NCBI GenBank assembly: GCA_041395785.1
Contig: JAWKZZ010000003.1
Span: 270,978 to 334,977, forward strand
DNA length: 64,000 bases
From: Pseudomonadales bacterium
GTDB lineage: Bacteria; Pseudomonadota; Gammaproteobacteria; Pseudomonadales; UBA7239
Direction of reading: 5' to 3'
Shown: piece by piece, positions 19,345 through 29,257 of the stretch
How the letters are laid out: each line of letters starts with the position of its first letter
Numbering within the stretch: position 1 is the first letter of the stretch
Made by a program: the position numbers and the translations under genes
Notes under the pieces: model-generated
The model's input: the letters and a program-made list of their open reading frames with translations, nothing else
What the model was told of the DNA's origin: nothing
The model's database searches: none

Positions 19345-20373
19345 ATGAGCAAAACAATTCTGGTGACCGGTGGTGCAGGCTATATCGGCAGCCATGCCTG
19401 CGTGGCACTGTTGGCCGCAGGTTTTGAGGTGATAGTGCTGGACAACTTCAGCAATAGTCATCCGATAGCTTTGGAGCGCGTGCAACACATTGCGGGCAAG
19501 GCTGTGATTTTTCAGCATGGCGACTTGCGTGACCGTGCAGCGTTAGAACAGATTTTTCGTGCGCACGCCATTAGCGCGGTGATGCATTTTGCCGGTTTGA
19601 AAGCAGTAGGCGAGTCTTGCAGCAATCCATTGGCGTATTACGACAACAATGTGGTGGGCACGGTCAATTTGTTGCAGGTCATGCAAGCACACGGCGTGCA
19701 GCGTTTGATTTTTAGTTCGTCGGCCACGGTGTACCGTCCCAGCGCGGTGATGCCCTTAGATGAAGGCGCTGCTTTGGGGGCGACGAATCCCTATGGGCAA
19801 ACCAAACAGATGATTGAACAAATACTGATGGATTGTTGCGCCTCAGCGCCGTGGCAAGTGGCGCTGCTACGCTATTTCAATCCGGTGGGCGCGCATGAGA
19901 GCGGTTTGATCGGTGAAGATCCCGCCGGCATTCCCAATAATTTGTTGCCGTTCGTGGCGCAAGTGGCAGCCGGCGTGCGCGAAGTGTTGCCGGTATTTGG
20001 CGATGATTACGACACACCCGATGGCACCGGTGTGCGCGATTTTATTCATGTGCAAGATTTGGTGGCCGGTCATTTGGCGGCATTGCGTTTGCTGTTGGCA
20101 AAAGACAAAGCGCAAGCATTTTGTCGCCCGTATAACTTGGGCGCCGGGCAGGGTTACAGTGTGTTGGAAATGGTGCGCGGATTTGAGCGCGTGAGTGGGC
20201 GTTCAGTACCGTATCGCGTTATGCCACGCCGCGACGGTGATGTGGCGACATGTTGGGCCAATGCACAGCGCGCGCAACAAGAGTTGGGTTGGGTGGCTGA
20301 AAAAAATCTCGACACCATGTTGGCGGATAGCTGGCGTTGGCAGTCAAACAATCCGCACGGCTATCGCAGTTAA
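19345..20373 (+). CDS. galE: UDP-glucose 4-epimerase
   Basis: VTGGAGYIGSH Rossmann motif, the SSSATVY...PYGQTK catalytic region and 342 aa are typical of GalE. Confidence 0.9.
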   Translation: MSKTILVTGGAGYIGSHACVALLAAGFEVIVLDNFSNSHPIALERVQHIAGKAVIFQHGDLRDRAALEQIFRAHAISAVMHFAGLKAVGESCSNPLAYYDNNVVGTVNLLQVMQAHGVQRLIFSSSATVYRPSAVMPLDEGAALGATNPYGQTKQMIEQILMDCCASAPWQVALLRYFNPVGAHESGLIGEDPAGIPNNLLPFVAQVAAGVREVLPVFGDDYDTPDGTGVRDFIHVQDLVAGHLAALRLLLAKDKAQAFCRPYNLGAGQGYSVLEMVRGFERVSGRSVPYRVMPRRDGDVATCWANAQRAQQELGWVAEKNLDTMLADSWRWQSNNPHGYRS

Positions 20374-20387
20374 ATGGTAAACGCGCT

Positions 20388-21026
20388 TTAGCGTGCGTCA
20401 AACACCACCATGGTTTTGCCGCTGGCAGAAATTAAATTCTGCTCTTCCAGTGTTTTTAACACGCGGCCTACCATTTCGCGCGAGCAGCCGACAATGCGGC
20501 CAATTTCTTGGCGCGTGATGCGAATTTGCATGCCTTTCGGGTGTGTTACTGCGTCGGGTTCTTTGCATAAATCCAGTAAGGTGCGCGCAACGCGGCCAGT
20601 GACATCCATAAAGGCCAAGTCGCCCACTTTGCGCGTCGTAGAGCGCAAACGGTGCGCCAACTGTTTGCCCATCGCCAATAAAATTTCTGGATGTTTATCG
20701 CTAATTTCGTGAAATTTGGTGTAGCTGATCTCGCCGACTTCGCAAGGATTTTTTGCGCGTACCCACGCGCTGCGTGGGCTGTCGCCGTCTTCAAATAAAC
20801 CCATTTCGCCAAAAAAGTCACCCGCATTGAGATAGGCGACAATCATCTCTCTGCCGTCGGCATCTTCAATGAGAACTGTCACTGAACCGCTGATGATGTA
20901 GTAGAGCGCATCGCTGGTATCACCTGCGTAGATGATGGTGCTTTTGGCGGGATAACGGCGGCGGTGACAGTGCGCAAGAAACGCATCGACATTGTGGATC
21001 TTGGGTGTGAGTGAGACAGAAACCAA
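20388..21026 (-). CDS. crp: cAMP receptor protein (CRP/Vfr family regulator)
   Basis: cNMP-binding domain (FFGEMGLF) and C-terminal HTH ([20 protein letters not shown]), near-identical in pattern to CRP/Vfr. Confidence 0.9.
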   Translation of the reverse strand: MVSVSLTPKIHNVDAFLAHCHRRRYPAKSTIIYAGDTSDALYYIISGSVTVLIEDADGREMIVAYLNAGDFFGEMGLFEDGDSPRSAWVRAKNPCEVGEISYTKFHEISDKHPEILLAMGKQLAHRLRSTTRKVGDLAFMDVTGRVARTLLDLCKEPDAVTHPKGMQIRITRQEIGRIVGCSREMVGRVLKTLEEQNLISASGKTMVVFDAR

Positions 21027-21119
21027 GGCAACATCTCCTTTTTATTGTTGATGTCGTGCGTTGCAGCGGTGGGTTGGTGATAATGCGACTGTAAACAATA
21101 CAGCAGGTGATTGGCAACG

Positions 21120-21542
21120 ATGAAATCAGTAGTGAGATGGGTGGGCGAGGCGATGTTCCTCGCGGAATCAGGTAGCGGGCACTGCGTATTGATGGATGGG
21201 CCGCCTGATCACGGCGGTCGCAATCTCGGCCCGCGCCCGATGGAAATGTTGTTGATGGGCATGGGCGGCTGCGCGTCGTTCGATGTGGTGAGCATTCTGA
21301 AAAAATTGCGCCAAGCGGTTACAAACTGCGTAGCGCAGCTAGAGGCCGAGCGCGCCGATGAAATCCCCGCTGTGTTTACCCGCATCCACATTCATTTTGT
21401 GGTGAGCGGGAAGGATTTGAAGGAGGCGCAGGTCAAGCGAGCGGTGGACCTGTCAGCGGAGAAGTATTGCTCGGCTTCCATTATGTTTGGCAAGGCAGGC
21501 GTTGCTGTCAGTCACAGCTACGAAATTGCAGCGGAAGTTTGA
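21120..21542 (+). CDS. OsmC family peroxiredoxin-like protein
   Basis: About 140 aa. GGCASFDVVSILKK and KYCSAS contain the two OsmC-type Cys residues. Adjacent to crp, as the OsmC-like gene is next to vfr in Pseudomonas. The ATG at 21120 is preferred over the TTG at 21111 (AGGTGA at 21103-21108). Confidence 0.75.
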   Translation: MKSVVRWVGEAMFLAESGSGHCVLMDGPPDHGGRNLGPRPMEMLLMGMGGCASFDVVSILKKLRQAVTNCVAQLEAERADEIPAVFTRIHIHFVVSGKDLKEAQVKRAVDLSAEKYCSASIMFGKAGVAVSHSYEIAAEV

Positions 21543-21650
21543 GCGCCGGCGCCTCGGCGGGTTTACAGCCAGGGGTCACAAGGGCTAGAATTCGCGCCCC
21601 CCGCCTCTGGCTGGGGTTGTTGATCGAAATATCTATTTTTGGAAGAACAC

Positions 21651-21866
21651 ATGCCATCTGTACGTTTGAAAGAAAACGAGCCATTTGATGTTGCCCTGCG
21701 CCGTTTCAAGCGCTCTTGCGAAAAAGCCGGTGTATTGGCTGAAGTGCGTCGCCGCGAGTTCTATGAGAAGCCTACTTCTGTGCGCAAGCGCAAAGCCGCT
21801 GCTGCCGTGAAGCGCCACCTGAAGAAACTGTCGCGCGAAAATCGCCGTCAACAGCGTCTGTATTGA
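21651..21866 (+). CDS. rpsU: 30S ribosomal protein S21
   Basis: [42 protein letters not shown]... is canonical S21. First gene of the rpsU-dnaG-rpoD operon. Confidence 0.95.
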   Translation: MPSVRLKENEPFDVALRRFKRSCEKAGVLAEVRRREFYEKPTSVRKRKAAAAVKRHLKKLSRENRRQQRLY

Positions 21867-21872
21867 TTGTCC

Positions 21873-21895
21873 AGCCCAGTGTGAGCTGGGCTTTT
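21873..21895 (+). terminator. hairpin terminator/attenuator after rpsU
   Basis: AGCCCAG-tgtgag-CTGGGCT followed by TTTT, 7 nt after the rpsU stop. Confidence 0.55.
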
Positions 21896-21911
21896 GTGTA
21901 AGAAGCTACTG

Positions 21912-21943
21912 AAAACCACGCATGGCTCCATGCGTGGTTTTTT
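21912..21943 (+). terminator. second hairpin terminator/attenuator between rpsU and dnaG
   Basis: AAAACCACGCATGG-ct-CCATGCGTGGTTTTTT is a long perfect palindrome with a T-run. Confidence 0.6.
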
Positions 21944-21991
21944 GCGTTTGCAGTATCATGCGGCACCTTCGTGGGGTAAGAAACGGACTAT

Positions 21992-23848
21992 ATGGCAGGA
22001 TTGATCCCCCAATCATTCATTGATGACTTGCTCGATCGCGCCGATATCGTAGAAGTGATCGACCGCCGTGTGCGCCTAAAAAAAAGCGGGCGCAACTACA
22101 TGGCCTGCTGCCCGTTTCACGAAGAAAAAACTCCCTCGTTCAGCGTTAATCAAGAAAAACAGTTTTATCACTGCTTTGGCTGCGGTGCGAGCGGCAATGC
22201 CATCGGCTTCTTGATGGCGTTTGAAAATCTCGATTTTCCCCGTGCGGTAGAGAGCTTGGCACAGTTGCAGGGTGTGGAAGTGCCGCGCGAACAGCTGTCG
22301 GAGCAGGAGCAAAAATCACAGCGCAGCCAGCAAGATCTATGCGCCCTGCTGGAACAGGCGGCAGCGTGGTATCGCCGTCAATTGCAGCAGCACCCGCAGG
22401 CGGCAAAAGCGCGCGCTTACCTACAACAGCGCGGGTTGTCGGAAGCCATCATCGAACAATTTGAGATCGGCTACGCCCCGCCCGGCTGGGACAATCTCAT
22501 GCAGCATTTGCTGCAAGCGGGCTGGCAGGAAGCGCAGCTGCTGGAGAGCGGCATGCTGGTGGATCGCGAAGAGACAGGTAAGCGCTACGACCGTTTCCGC
22601 GATCGCGTGATGTTCCCCATTCGCGATTTGCGCGGTCGTGTGATCGCCTTCGGCGGGCGCGTGCTCACCGACGAAAAACCTAAATACCTGAACTCGCCAG
22701 AGACGCCTGTATTTTCCAAAGGCCGCGAACTGTACGGTCTGTACGAAGCCAACCGCAGTAAAAATGCTGTGTCGCGCCTCGTGGTGGTGGAAGGCTACAT
22801 GGATGTGGTGGCCTTGGCACAGTTTGGTCTGGTGGGTGCCGTGGCCACCTTGGGCACGGCAGCAGGTACGGCGCATCTCGAGAAAGCGTTTCGCTACGCC
22901 AGCGAAGTGGTGTTCTGTTTCGATGGCGACGAGGCCGGTCGCCGCGCCGCCGCCCGCGCTTTGGAAGTCTCCCTGCCTGCGCTGCGCGAACAGCGCCAAG
23001 TGCGGTTTTTGTTTTTGGGTGATGGCGAAGATCCGGACAGCTATGTGCGCCGTCGCGGGCTGGACGCGTTCACCGCGCTGCTGGAAAAGTCGCTGCCGCT
23101 GTCGGAATACTTGTTTGAGCAGACTAGTGCAGGCTTGCAGTTGGAGACTGCCGAAGGCCGTGCCGCTCTGGCTAGTCGCGCCGTGCCGCAATTGCAGCGC
23201 TTGCCGGAAGGTCCGTTCAAGCAGCAGCTGTTTATCGATTTGTCGCTGCGCACGCAGTTGGATGTGGCGTATTTACAGCAGATGGCGGGTGTTACAGCGG
23301 CGCCGTTGCGAGCGGCGTCCGAGCGCCCAGATGCACAGAAAGACAATCTAAATCAAAGGGATAGCGATGAATCAGCCAAGCCAGCATCCGCTGAGAGGGC
23401 GGCTGGTCGGCGCATCGTCCTCAGCTTGCCGGAGTCCATCTTGCACCTGCTCTTGCATTACCCGCACTTGCATCAGCACGCGCTGCCGCTGTTGCCGCGC
23501 TTGTTGCAGGGGCAGCAAACTGGCGAGTTGCTGTATTTGGTGCGCTTGATCACTTTGCTGCGCGATCACCCCGAAGCCAGTTGTAGTCGCTTGCTGGGGC
23601 TGTGGCACGGCCAATACGGCAGCGATGGCAGTGCTAAATTGTATGAGTTGGCAAACCGCGAAAAGCTGGTGGAGAGCGAGTTGACAGCGGCCGATCAGTT
23701 GCAGGATGCGCTGGCGCGTTTGCTGCTGTCGATTGAAAAGGATGATCCCCTGCGACAGCTGATAGCCAAATCGCGCAGCGGTGCACTCACTGAGTTGGAA
23801 AAGCATGAATTGCAGCGGTTGTTGCGTGAAAAACACTCGGCCACTTGA
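21992..23848 (+). CDS. dnaG: DNA primase
   Basis: Zinc-ribbon motif CPFHEEKTPSFSV...CFGCGASG, TOPRIM (VVVEGYMDVVAL, FDGDEAG). 618 aa. Confidence 0.95.
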   Translation: MAGLIPQSFIDDLLDRADIVEVIDRRVRLKKSGRNYMACCPFHEEKTPSFSVNQEKQFYHCFGCGASGNAIGFLMAFENLDFPRAVESLAQLQGVEVPREQLSEQEQKSQRSQQDLCALLEQAAAWYRRQLQQHPQAAKARAYLQQRGLSEAIIEQFEIGYAPPGWDNLMQHLLQAGWQEAQLLESGMLVDREETGKRYDRFRDRVMFPIRDLRGRVIAFGGRVLTDEKPKYLNSPETPVFSKGRELYGLYEANRSKNAVSRLVVVEGYMDVVALAQFGLVGAVATLGTAAGTAHLEKAFRYASEVVFCFDGDEAGRRAAARALEVSLPALREQRQVRFLFLGDGEDPDSYVRRRGLDAFTALLEKSLPLSEYLFEQTSAGLQLETAEGRAALASRAVPQLQRLPEGPFKQQLFIDLSLRTQLDVAYLQQMAGVTAAPLRAASERPDAQKDNLNQRDSDESAKPASAERAAGRRIVLSLPESILHLLLHYPHLHQHALPLLPRLLQGQQTGELLYLVRLITLLRDHPEASCSRLLGLWHGQYGSDGSAKLYELANREKLVESELTAADQLQDALARLLLSIEKDDPLRQLIAKSRSGALTELEKHELQRLLREKHSAT

Positions 23849-23941
23849 ATGCAACTTGCCTTGCAATCTGGCGATGTGTCCCCACCATCCGGTATAATCC
23901 GCGCCCTTTAACGCCTTGAAAACACTCGATTGGATCGCCTC

Positions 23942-25821
23942 ATGTCTGAGATCGCCAAACAACAATCCCGCCTGAAAGACCTGATTGCTCGCGGTAAGGA
24001 GCAGGGGTATTTGACCTACGCCGAGGTCAACGATCACCTGCCAGAAGATATTTCGGATCAGGATCAGATCGAAGACATCATCCACATGATCAACGACATG
24101 GGCATCCGTGTTTTTGAAACCGTGCCGGATGCTGAAACACTGTTAATGGCAGATGGCGAAGCGGCGATTGATGAAGCGGCAGCGGCAGAAGCGGCGGCGG
24201 CTTTGGTGGCCGTTGAAAGTGAAGTGGGCCGCACCACTGATCCCGTGCGCATGTATATGCGCGAAATGGGCACGGTGGAATTGTTGACGCGCGAAGGTGA
24301 AATTGTTATCGCTAAACGCATCGAAGAAGGCATTCGCGAAATGATGGCTGCGCTGTCATTTGTGCCGGGTTCGGTAGAAGCGATTTTGCAAGAATATGCG
24401 CTGGTTACCAGCGAAGAGCGCAAGCTGAGCGACATCATCAGTGGCTATTTGGATCCGATGGAAACCATGCCGGTTGCGCCGGGTGCGGCGAATAACAATA
24501 GCGATGAAGAATTGCCAGAACCTGCAGCTAAAGGCGCTAAAGCAAATGGCAAAGATGACGAAGAAGACGATAATAGCAGCGACGACGAAACAGAAGTCGA
24601 TACTGGGCCAGATCCGGAAGAAGCGAGAATTCGTTTCACCGGATTGAAAAAGCAATTTGATAAGACACAAAAAGCACTGGCGAAGCACGGTCGCGACAGC
24701 AAACAAGCTGGCAAAGAAATGGATGCACTGGCCGAGGTGTTCAAGTTTTTCAAACTCACGCCGCGTCAGTTCGATCCTATCTTGAAAAACTCGCGCGATG
24801 TGTTGACGCAAATTCGTGCCGAAGAGCGCATGATCATGAATTTGTGCGTGCGTCGTGGCGGCATGGATCGCAAGCATTTCATCGAAGCATTTCCTGGCAA
24901 TGAAACCAACGAAAAATGGCTGTCGGCGCAACAGCGCTTGAAGAAAAATCAGGCCATTACGGAGCGCTTGGATAACATTAAAGCCGATGTGCAGCGCAGC
25001 CAAAGAAAATTGGCGCAGATTGAAGTGCGTATGGATATGCCGCTGGCGACATTGAAAGAAATCAATCGCCGCTTGTCCTTGGGTGAGGCGCGTATGCGTC
25101 GAGCCAAACGCGAAATGGTGGAAGCCAACTTGCGCTTGGTTATTTCGATTGCCAAAAAATACACCAACCGTGGTTTGCAATTCCTCGATTTGATTCAGGA
25201 AGGCAATATCGGCTTGATGAAAGCGGTGGATAAATTTGAATACCGTCGTGGTTACAAGTTTTCTACTTACGCTACTTGGTGGATTCGTCAGGCAATTACG
25301 CGTTCGATTGCCGATCAGGCGCGCACGATTCGTATTCCTGTGCACATGATTGAAACCATCAACAAATTGAACCGCATTTCGCGTCAGATGTTGCAAGAGA
25401 TGGGGGCGCGAACCCACGCCGGAAAGAATTGGGCGTGCGCATGGAAATGCCAGAAGACAAAGTGCGCAAAGTGTTAAGAATTGCCAAAGAACCGATCTCC
25501 ATGAAACCCCTGTGGGCGACGATGAATTCGCATTTGGGCGATTTTATTGAAGACACCACTATTCAATCGCCTGTGGAAGCGGCCACTACAGAAGGCTTGA
25601 GCGAAGCCACACGCGAAGTGTTGTCCAGCCTCACCGCGCGCGAAGCGAAAGTGTTGCGCATGCGTTTTGGTATCGATATGAATACCGATCACACGCTGGA
25701 GGAAGTGGGCAAACAATTTGATGTAACGCGCGAGCGTATTCGTCAAATCGAAGCGAAAGCCTTGCGCAAACTGCGCCACCCCACGCGCTCCGATCACCTG
25801 CGCGGCTTCCTCGACGAATAA
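23942..25821 (+). pseudogene. rpoD: RNA polymerase sigma-70 factor RpoD, reading frame broken by about 4 clustered indels
   Basis: ORF 23930-25477 carries regions 1.1-3 ([86 protein letters not shown]). ORF 25429-25821 carries regions 3.2-4.2. The indels lie at about 25402-25406, 25423-25425, 25503 and 25526. The corrected length is 626 aa. Confidence 0.93.
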
Positions 25822-25834
25822 ACTAAAAGTTTCG

Positions 25835-25911
25835 GGGCCTATAGCTCAGTTGGTCAGAGCAGTCGACTCATAATCGATTGGTCGTAGGTTCAAGTCCTAC
25901 TGGGCCCACCA
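25835..25911 (+). tRNA. tRNA with CAU anticodon, probably tRNA-Ile2 (lysidine-modified, ileX-like)
   Basis: 77-nt cloverleaf: acceptor GGGCCTA/TGGGCCC, anticodon loop CTCATAA, T-loop GGTTCAAGTCC, encoded CCA. It closely resembles E. coli ileX, which also follows rpoD. A Met identity cannot be excluded from sequence alone. Confidence 0.85.
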
Positions 25912-25936
25912 CTTTTAAAATGCGTACGGCACAAAC

Positions 25937-25964
25937 AAAAAATCCACCGTTTGGTGGATTTTTT
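25937..25964. terminator. bidirectional rho-independent terminator
   Basis: AAAAAATCCACC-gttt-GGTGGATTTTTT sits between the tRNA (+) and the convergent aminotransferase gene (-). Confidence 0.7.
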
Positions 25965-25986
25965 ATGTCTGGTTATTGCTGGCGGG

Positions 25987-27288
25987 TTAGTTTGCCAATG
26001 CTTGTTCCACTGATGCCAGTTTCACGCAAGTGGTGAAAATCGCCATACACAAATCCACTTCTTCCAATTTAGGAAAGCTAGGAGCCAAGCGAATATTTTT
26101 GTTGTCTGGATCTTTGCCGTAAGGAAACGTTGCGCCTGCAGGCGTGAGTTTTACGCCGGCTTCTGCAGCCAGCTTTACCACGGTAGTGGCTAAGCCGGCG
26201 CGCGTGTTGAAAGAAACAAAATAACCGCCGACAGGCGCTGTCCATTCGCCGAGATCGCTACCGGCAAATGCTGTTTGCAAATGTTGCAGCACGCAATCAA
26301 AACGCGGCTTCAAAATCGCCGCGTGTTTTTGCATGTGCTGTTGCACGGCGGCAGCATCTGGTAAAAACGCGAGGTGGCGCGCTTGGTTAATTTTGTCGGG
26401 GCCGATGGTGCAAATGCCGAGCTGCTTGCAAAACACGGCGATGTTTTCTTTCGACGCTCCCATAAAAGCTACGCCTGCGCCGGCGTGCGTAATTTTGGAA
26501 GTGGAAGTAAATTGCAGCACGCTGTGTTCGGTGCCGTGCGCGCGGCAGCGCTCCATGATGTTGGCGAGCGCGGGTGCGCTGTTTGTTAAATCGTGCACCA
26601 CATACGCGTTATCCCAAAACACGCGAAAATTTGGCGCGGCAATTTTGCCGAGTGCGGCAATGCGATCCACTGTTTCGGCACTGTAAACGCAGCCGGTGGG
26701 GTTGCTGTATTTCGGCACACACCACATACCTTTGATGGATGCATCCGCTTTGATCAGCGCTTCCACTTGATCCATGTCGGGGCCGTTGTCCGTTAAACGC
26801 ACGGCGATCATTTCAATGCCGAATTGTTCGCAAATAGCAAAGTGGCGGTCATAACCCGGTGATGGACACAAGAACTTCACTTGTTTTTCATTGCGCCATG
26901 CATTTTTGCCATCAGGTCCCAACATCCACGCGTATTGCATGGCTTGGTACATCATGGTGAGGCTGCTGTTGCCGCCGGCGATCACTTCGCTGCTGTCGAG
27001 ACCGAGCAGAGCCGCGCCCAATTTGCGCGCAGAGGGTAAGCCTTCTAAGCCGCCGTAATTGCGCAGGTCGGTGTTATCCAGCGAGTAATTGCCGTGCAGG
27101 TTGCCGTCCAGCGCATCGGACAGCGCCAGTTGTTCGGCCGAAGGTTTGCCGCGCGTGAGATCCAAGGCCAGTTTGCGCTGCTGGAAATCCGCGTACTGCG
27201 CGCGCAATTCACGGCGCCAGTTTTCCAATTGTTCGCGGGAGGCTTGATTGATGTTCACGGGGTGTTCCTCAAGAAAAAAAGCGCGCAA
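25987..27288 (-). CDS. class I/II-fold PLP-dependent aminotransferase (AspT-like subgroup)
   Basis: 433-aa ORF (possibly starting at the GTG at 27261). It has LDLTRGKPSAEQL, YSNPTG and the PLP-lysine context FTSTSKIT. The substrate cannot be called. Confidence 0.75.
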   Translation of the reverse strand: MRAFFLEEHPVNINQASREQLENWRRELRAQYADFQQRKLALDLTRGKPSAEQLALSDALDGNLHGNYSLDNTDLRNYGGLEGLPSARKLGAALLGLDSSEVIAGGNSSLTMMYQAMQYAWMLGPDGKNAWRNEKQVKFLCPSPGYDRHFAICEQFGIEMIAVRLTDNGPDMDQVEALIKADASIKGMWCVPKYSNPTGCVYSAETVDRIAALGKIAAPNFRVFWDNAYVVHDLTNSAPALANIMERCRAHGTEHSVLQFTSTSKITHAGAGVAFMGASKENIAVFCKQLGICTIGPDKINQARHLAFLPDAAAVQQHMQKHAAILKPRFDCVLQHLQTAFAGSDLGEWTAPVGGYFVSFNTRAGLATTVVKLAAEAGVKLTPAGATFPYGKDPDNKNIRLAPSFPKLEEVDLCMAIFTTCVKLASVEQALAN

Positions 27289-27327
27289 TTATAGGCACAA
27301 GCACGCGCTAACCGAAGGGCTTCTGGA

Positions 27328-27753
27328 TCAAAAAGGCTTTAAGACGGCGAGCAGAACAATGGCGATCAATGCGATTACGGGCAGCTCGTTAAATACCCTG
27401 AAAAACACATGGCTGCGTGTGTTGCGGTCGGCAGCAAACTGGCACACGAAATAGCCGCAAAGCCCGTGATAAAGGATGAGCAGCAGGATCAATCCCAGTT
27501 TCACTTTTACCCAGCCCATGCTGAGCAACGCTGGGTTAATGTGTAGCATCCACAAACCAAAAACCAGCGTGGCAATGGCGGCGGGGGTCATGATGCCGCG
27601 GTATAACTTGCGCTCCATGATTTTGAAACGCTCACGACTGATGGTGTCGTCGCTCATCGCGTGATACACAAACAGGCGTGGCAGATAAAACAAACCGGCA
27701 AACCAACTGATCACCGCCATCAAATGAAAGGCTTTCAGCCATAAGAACAGCAT
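27328..27753 (-). CDS. hemJ: protoporphyrinogen IX oxidase HemJ
   Basis: 141-aa, 4-TM protein. MLFLWLKAFHLMAVISWFAGLFYLPRLFVYHA matches the HemJ (UPF0093) signature. ORF 27328-28173 extends spuriously upstream, antisense to argC. Confidence 0.85.
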   Translation of the reverse strand: MLFLWLKAFHLMAVISWFAGLFYLPRLFVYHAMSDDTISRERFKIMERKLYRGIMTPAAIATLVFGLWMLHINPALLSMGWVKVKLGLILLLILYHGLCGYFVCQFAADRNTRSHVFFRVFNELPVIALIAIVLLAVLKPF

Positions 27754-27822
27754 GATATTTCTGCAACCTGAAGTGGGAACCGCTAAAATGATACCGGATT
27801 CCAGTGAAATACAGGTGTAATT

Positions 27823-28863
27823 GTGATCAAAGTGGGTATTGTCGGTGGCACAGGTTATACCGGTGTCGAGTTGTTGCGTTTGCTGGCGCAGCATCCGCAG
27901 GCCGATGTGCAAGTCATTACTTCGCGCGGTGAAGCGGGCACGCCGGTGGCGGCGCTGTTTCCCAACTTGCGCGGGCGGTTTGATTTGGCATTTACCGCGC
28001 CAGATATCGCGCGTTTGGGTGCTTGTGATGTGGTGTTCTTTGCAACGCCGCACGGTGTGGCGCAGGCCATGATGGCGGAGCTGATGCAGACCGGCACGCG
28101 GGTGATCGATCTGTCGGCTGATTTTCGTATCCGCGATATTGCTGTGTGGGAAAAATGGTACGGGCAAAAACACGCTTGTCCGGAGCTAGTGCAAGAAGCG
28201 GTGTACGGCTTGGCGGAAGTCAATCGCGAGGCCATCCGCAAGGCGCGTTTGGTGGCCTGCGCGGGTTGTTATCCGACGGTTATTCAACTCGGATTGCTGC
28301 CGCTGTTGGAAGCGAAGCTAGTGCAGCCGGATAGTTTGATCGCCAACGCGGTGTCCGGTGTGTCCGGCGCAGGGCGGCAGGCCAAGGTTGATATGCTGTT
28401 CTCCGAGCTCAGCGGCAGCTTCAAGGCCTACGCCAGTACGGGGCACCGCCACCTGCCGGAGATTGAGCAGGGCATCCACGCACTGCAACAAGCAGGCGAG
28501 CAACCTTACCAGCTGACTTTCGTGCCGCACTTGGTACCCATGGTGCGCGGTATGCACGCGACCATTTACGCGGATTTGCTCGATGAGTCGGTCGATCTGC
28601 AACAGCTCTACGAACAGTGTTACGCCAACGAGTATTTTGTCGATGTGCTGCCTGCGGGCTCTCATCCTGAAACCCGCAGCGTGAAAGGCGCCAATACCTG
28701 CCGCATCGCCGTGGCGCGGCCGCAAGGGCGTAAACGCGTGGTGGTGATGGCGGTGATCGATAATCTCACCAAAGGTGCATCCGGTCAGGGTGTGCAGATC
28801 ATGAATATCATGCACGGGCTGCCGGAGCAGACGGGCTTGGAAAATCTGGCATTGATCCCATAA
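27823..28863 (+). CDS. argC: N-acetyl-gamma-glutamyl-phosphate reductase
   Basis: GTG start. [16 protein letters not shown] and the catalytic-Cys context ACAGCYPT. 346 aa. Confidence 0.93.
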   Translation: MIKVGIVGGTGYTGVELLRLLAQHPQADVQVITSRGEAGTPVAALFPNLRGRFDLAFTAPDIARLGACDVVFFATPHGVAQAMMAELMQTGTRVIDLSADFRIRDIAVWEKWYGQKHACPELVQEAVYGLAEVNREAIRKARLVACAGCYPTVIQLGLLPLLEAKLVQPDSLIANAVSGVSGAGRQAKVDMLFSELSGSFKAYASTGHRHLPEIEQGIHALQQAGEQPYQLTFVPHLVPMVRGMHATIYADLLDESVDLQQLYEQCYANEYFVDVLPAGSHPETRSVKGANTCRIAVARPQGRKRVVVMAVIDNLTKGASGQGVQIMNIMHGLPEQTGLENLALIP

Positions 28864-28906
28864 CGGTTGCCCCCATAAACCACGGGTGTGCCGAGGAGTT
28901 TGAACC

Positions 28907-29254
28907 ATGAGCGAAGAAGCAGTAGCAGAAGAAATCAGCGTCACCGCCAGCGCCGCCAATAAAGTGCGCCGTTTGGTGGATGAAGAGGCCAATCCCGATT
29001 TGAAACTGCGCGTTTTTGTGACGGGCGGCGGCTGCTCCGGATTTCAGTACGGCTTTACCTTCGATGAAATTGCCGCCGAAGACGATGCAGCGATCGAAAA
29101 AGACGGCATCACCGTGTTGGTTGACCCGCTGAGTTACCAGTATTTAGCGGGCGCGCAAGTAGATTACGAGGAAGGGCTGCAGGGCTCGAAATTTGTGATC
29201 CGCAATCCAAACGCACAAACCACCTGTGGTTGCGGTTCGTCGTTTTCTATCTGA
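28907..29254 (+). CDS. erpA: iron-sulfur cluster insertion protein ErpA (IscA/HesB family)
   Basis: GGGCSGFQY and the C-terminal CGCGSSF cysteine ligands. 115 aa. Confidence 0.9.
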   Translation: MSEEAVAEEISVTASAANKVRRLVDEEANPDLKLRVFVTGGGCSGFQYGFTFDEIAAEDDAAIEKDGITVLVDPLSYQYLAGAQVDYEEGLQGSKFVIRNPNAQTTCGCGSSFSI

Positions 29255-29257
29255 GCG

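Noticed and set aside
23849-23941. TATAAT box at about 23894-23899 upstream of rpoD as an internal promoter
   Set aside because: There is no acceptable -35 hexamer at 16-18 nt (GGCGAT) and no TG extension. An internal rpoD promoter is plausible by analogy with E. coli, but the sequence does not support calling it.
24356-25417. 353-aa ORF antisense to rpoD (also 23372-24085 and 22421-23191, antisense to rpoD/dnaG)
   Set aside because: These are shadow ORFs inside strongly conserved genes. Their translations are low-complexity (runs of R, Q, F and H) with no recognisable domains.
25835-25911. tRNA genes (here, 41289-41739 and 43066-43141) as attachment sites for genomic islands
   Set aside because: All tRNA flanks are conserved housekeeping genes in canonical order. 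I saw no integrase and no direct repeat of a tRNA 3' end.
27754-28173. N-terminal 140-aa extension of the hemJ ORF (the track gives 27328-28173)
   Set aside because: The extension is antisense to argC and has R/H-rich junk composition. HemJ homology begins exactly at the Met at 27753 (MLFLWLKAFHL).
28318-28992. 224-aa ORF antisense to argC and the erpA start
   Set aside because: It is a shadow frame of argC with no motif support, and it would overlap two well-supported genes.
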